A stretch of DNA of 64,000 nt from the human T2T-CHM13v2.0 reference genome, Homo sapiens. This document shows, piece after piece, positions 63,271-64,000 of the stretch. The position numbers were made by a program, and so were the translations under genes. The stretch is taken from assembly GCF_009914755.1 (NCBI RefSeq), contig NC_060935.1; one strand, written 5' to 3'. Under the pieces are notes generated by a model, which saw nothing but the letters and a program-made list of their open reading frames with translations, had not been told where the DNA came from and made no database searches. Every line of letters begins with the position of its first letter. Position 1 is the first letter of the stretch.

Positions 63271-64000
63271 AAGCATGGATGATAATGCATGCTGCAAACA
63301 AGATATAAAGCAATTAAGAGATGAGAAATTAGATGAGAAGCACCAAGAAGAAAACCGACTGGAAAACTGATCACAAACTCTTATCAAGTGAGATGAATTG
63401 TACACCTCCAGGCCAATCATAGCAGCACACAGTGCATTTCACTCTGTGGGCTGCTGAACACAAAGAAATTTGTTAAGTCATCAGTCATTCTCAAATGTAC
63501 AGTTATGGAAGCAAAAGACAACGTGCTATTTACTCAAAAAATGCTCTTTAAATTGAACAATGGAGGAGTTACATAACAGCTTTTGTGTTCCTGCTTCCCA
63601 CTCTTCTGCTTAATTTCTCTTTCTTATAACACTATAATATTACAAGCCTATTGACACTATTGATAATGGCGATAAGACTCAAGGAAAAATACACAACTAT
63701 AAAATAGAAAGAAAAAAGAAAATTAAAAGTACTCATACAAAACATGCCCCAATAGAATTTATCTGTGTTTTACTGGTTTCTAAACCTATATGCAAGAGTC
63801 TGCTTACACAGTCTAAAACCAACTGGAAGAAAGGTGAAATATGCCATACACCACAGAAAGATTTGTTTTCCATCTGCAACAGTTGAGTGTTTGGATATCT
63901 GATAGCATCTATTACATCTTTATACTTTTGATTAAGCTAAATTTACATCACTGATAATTGGATCAAGTCCTGAAAAGTAAATTTATACCTGGAATTTTTA

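Overview
Primate (human-like) AT-rich genomic DNA dominated by transposable elements, with no recognisable host protein-coding exon, RNA gene or CRISPR array. The window opens with the 5' ~4 kb of a young minus-strand L1 (L1PA2/3-like) that has an intact ORF1, a disabled ORF2 and an open, C-terminally extended antisense ORF0. The rest contains 7 Alus, old L1M/L2/MIR fragments, a near full-length Tigger1, Tigger2b, Tigger3a, MADE1, a piggyBac MER75, a MER11 solo LTR, a complete THE1 provirus and other LTRs, many of them nested. The strongest structure not explained by repeats is a set of locally templated repair scars. These are a 211-bp inverted duplication of non-repeat DNA with a patchwork junction (25.5-26.7 kb), a 132-bp inverted copy of a neighbouring Tigger2 segment (55.0/55.9 kb), and two short patchwork insertions (9.6 kb, 30.4 kb). 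Repeat subfamily names come from recalled consensus sequences, and boundaries of old repeats are approximate.
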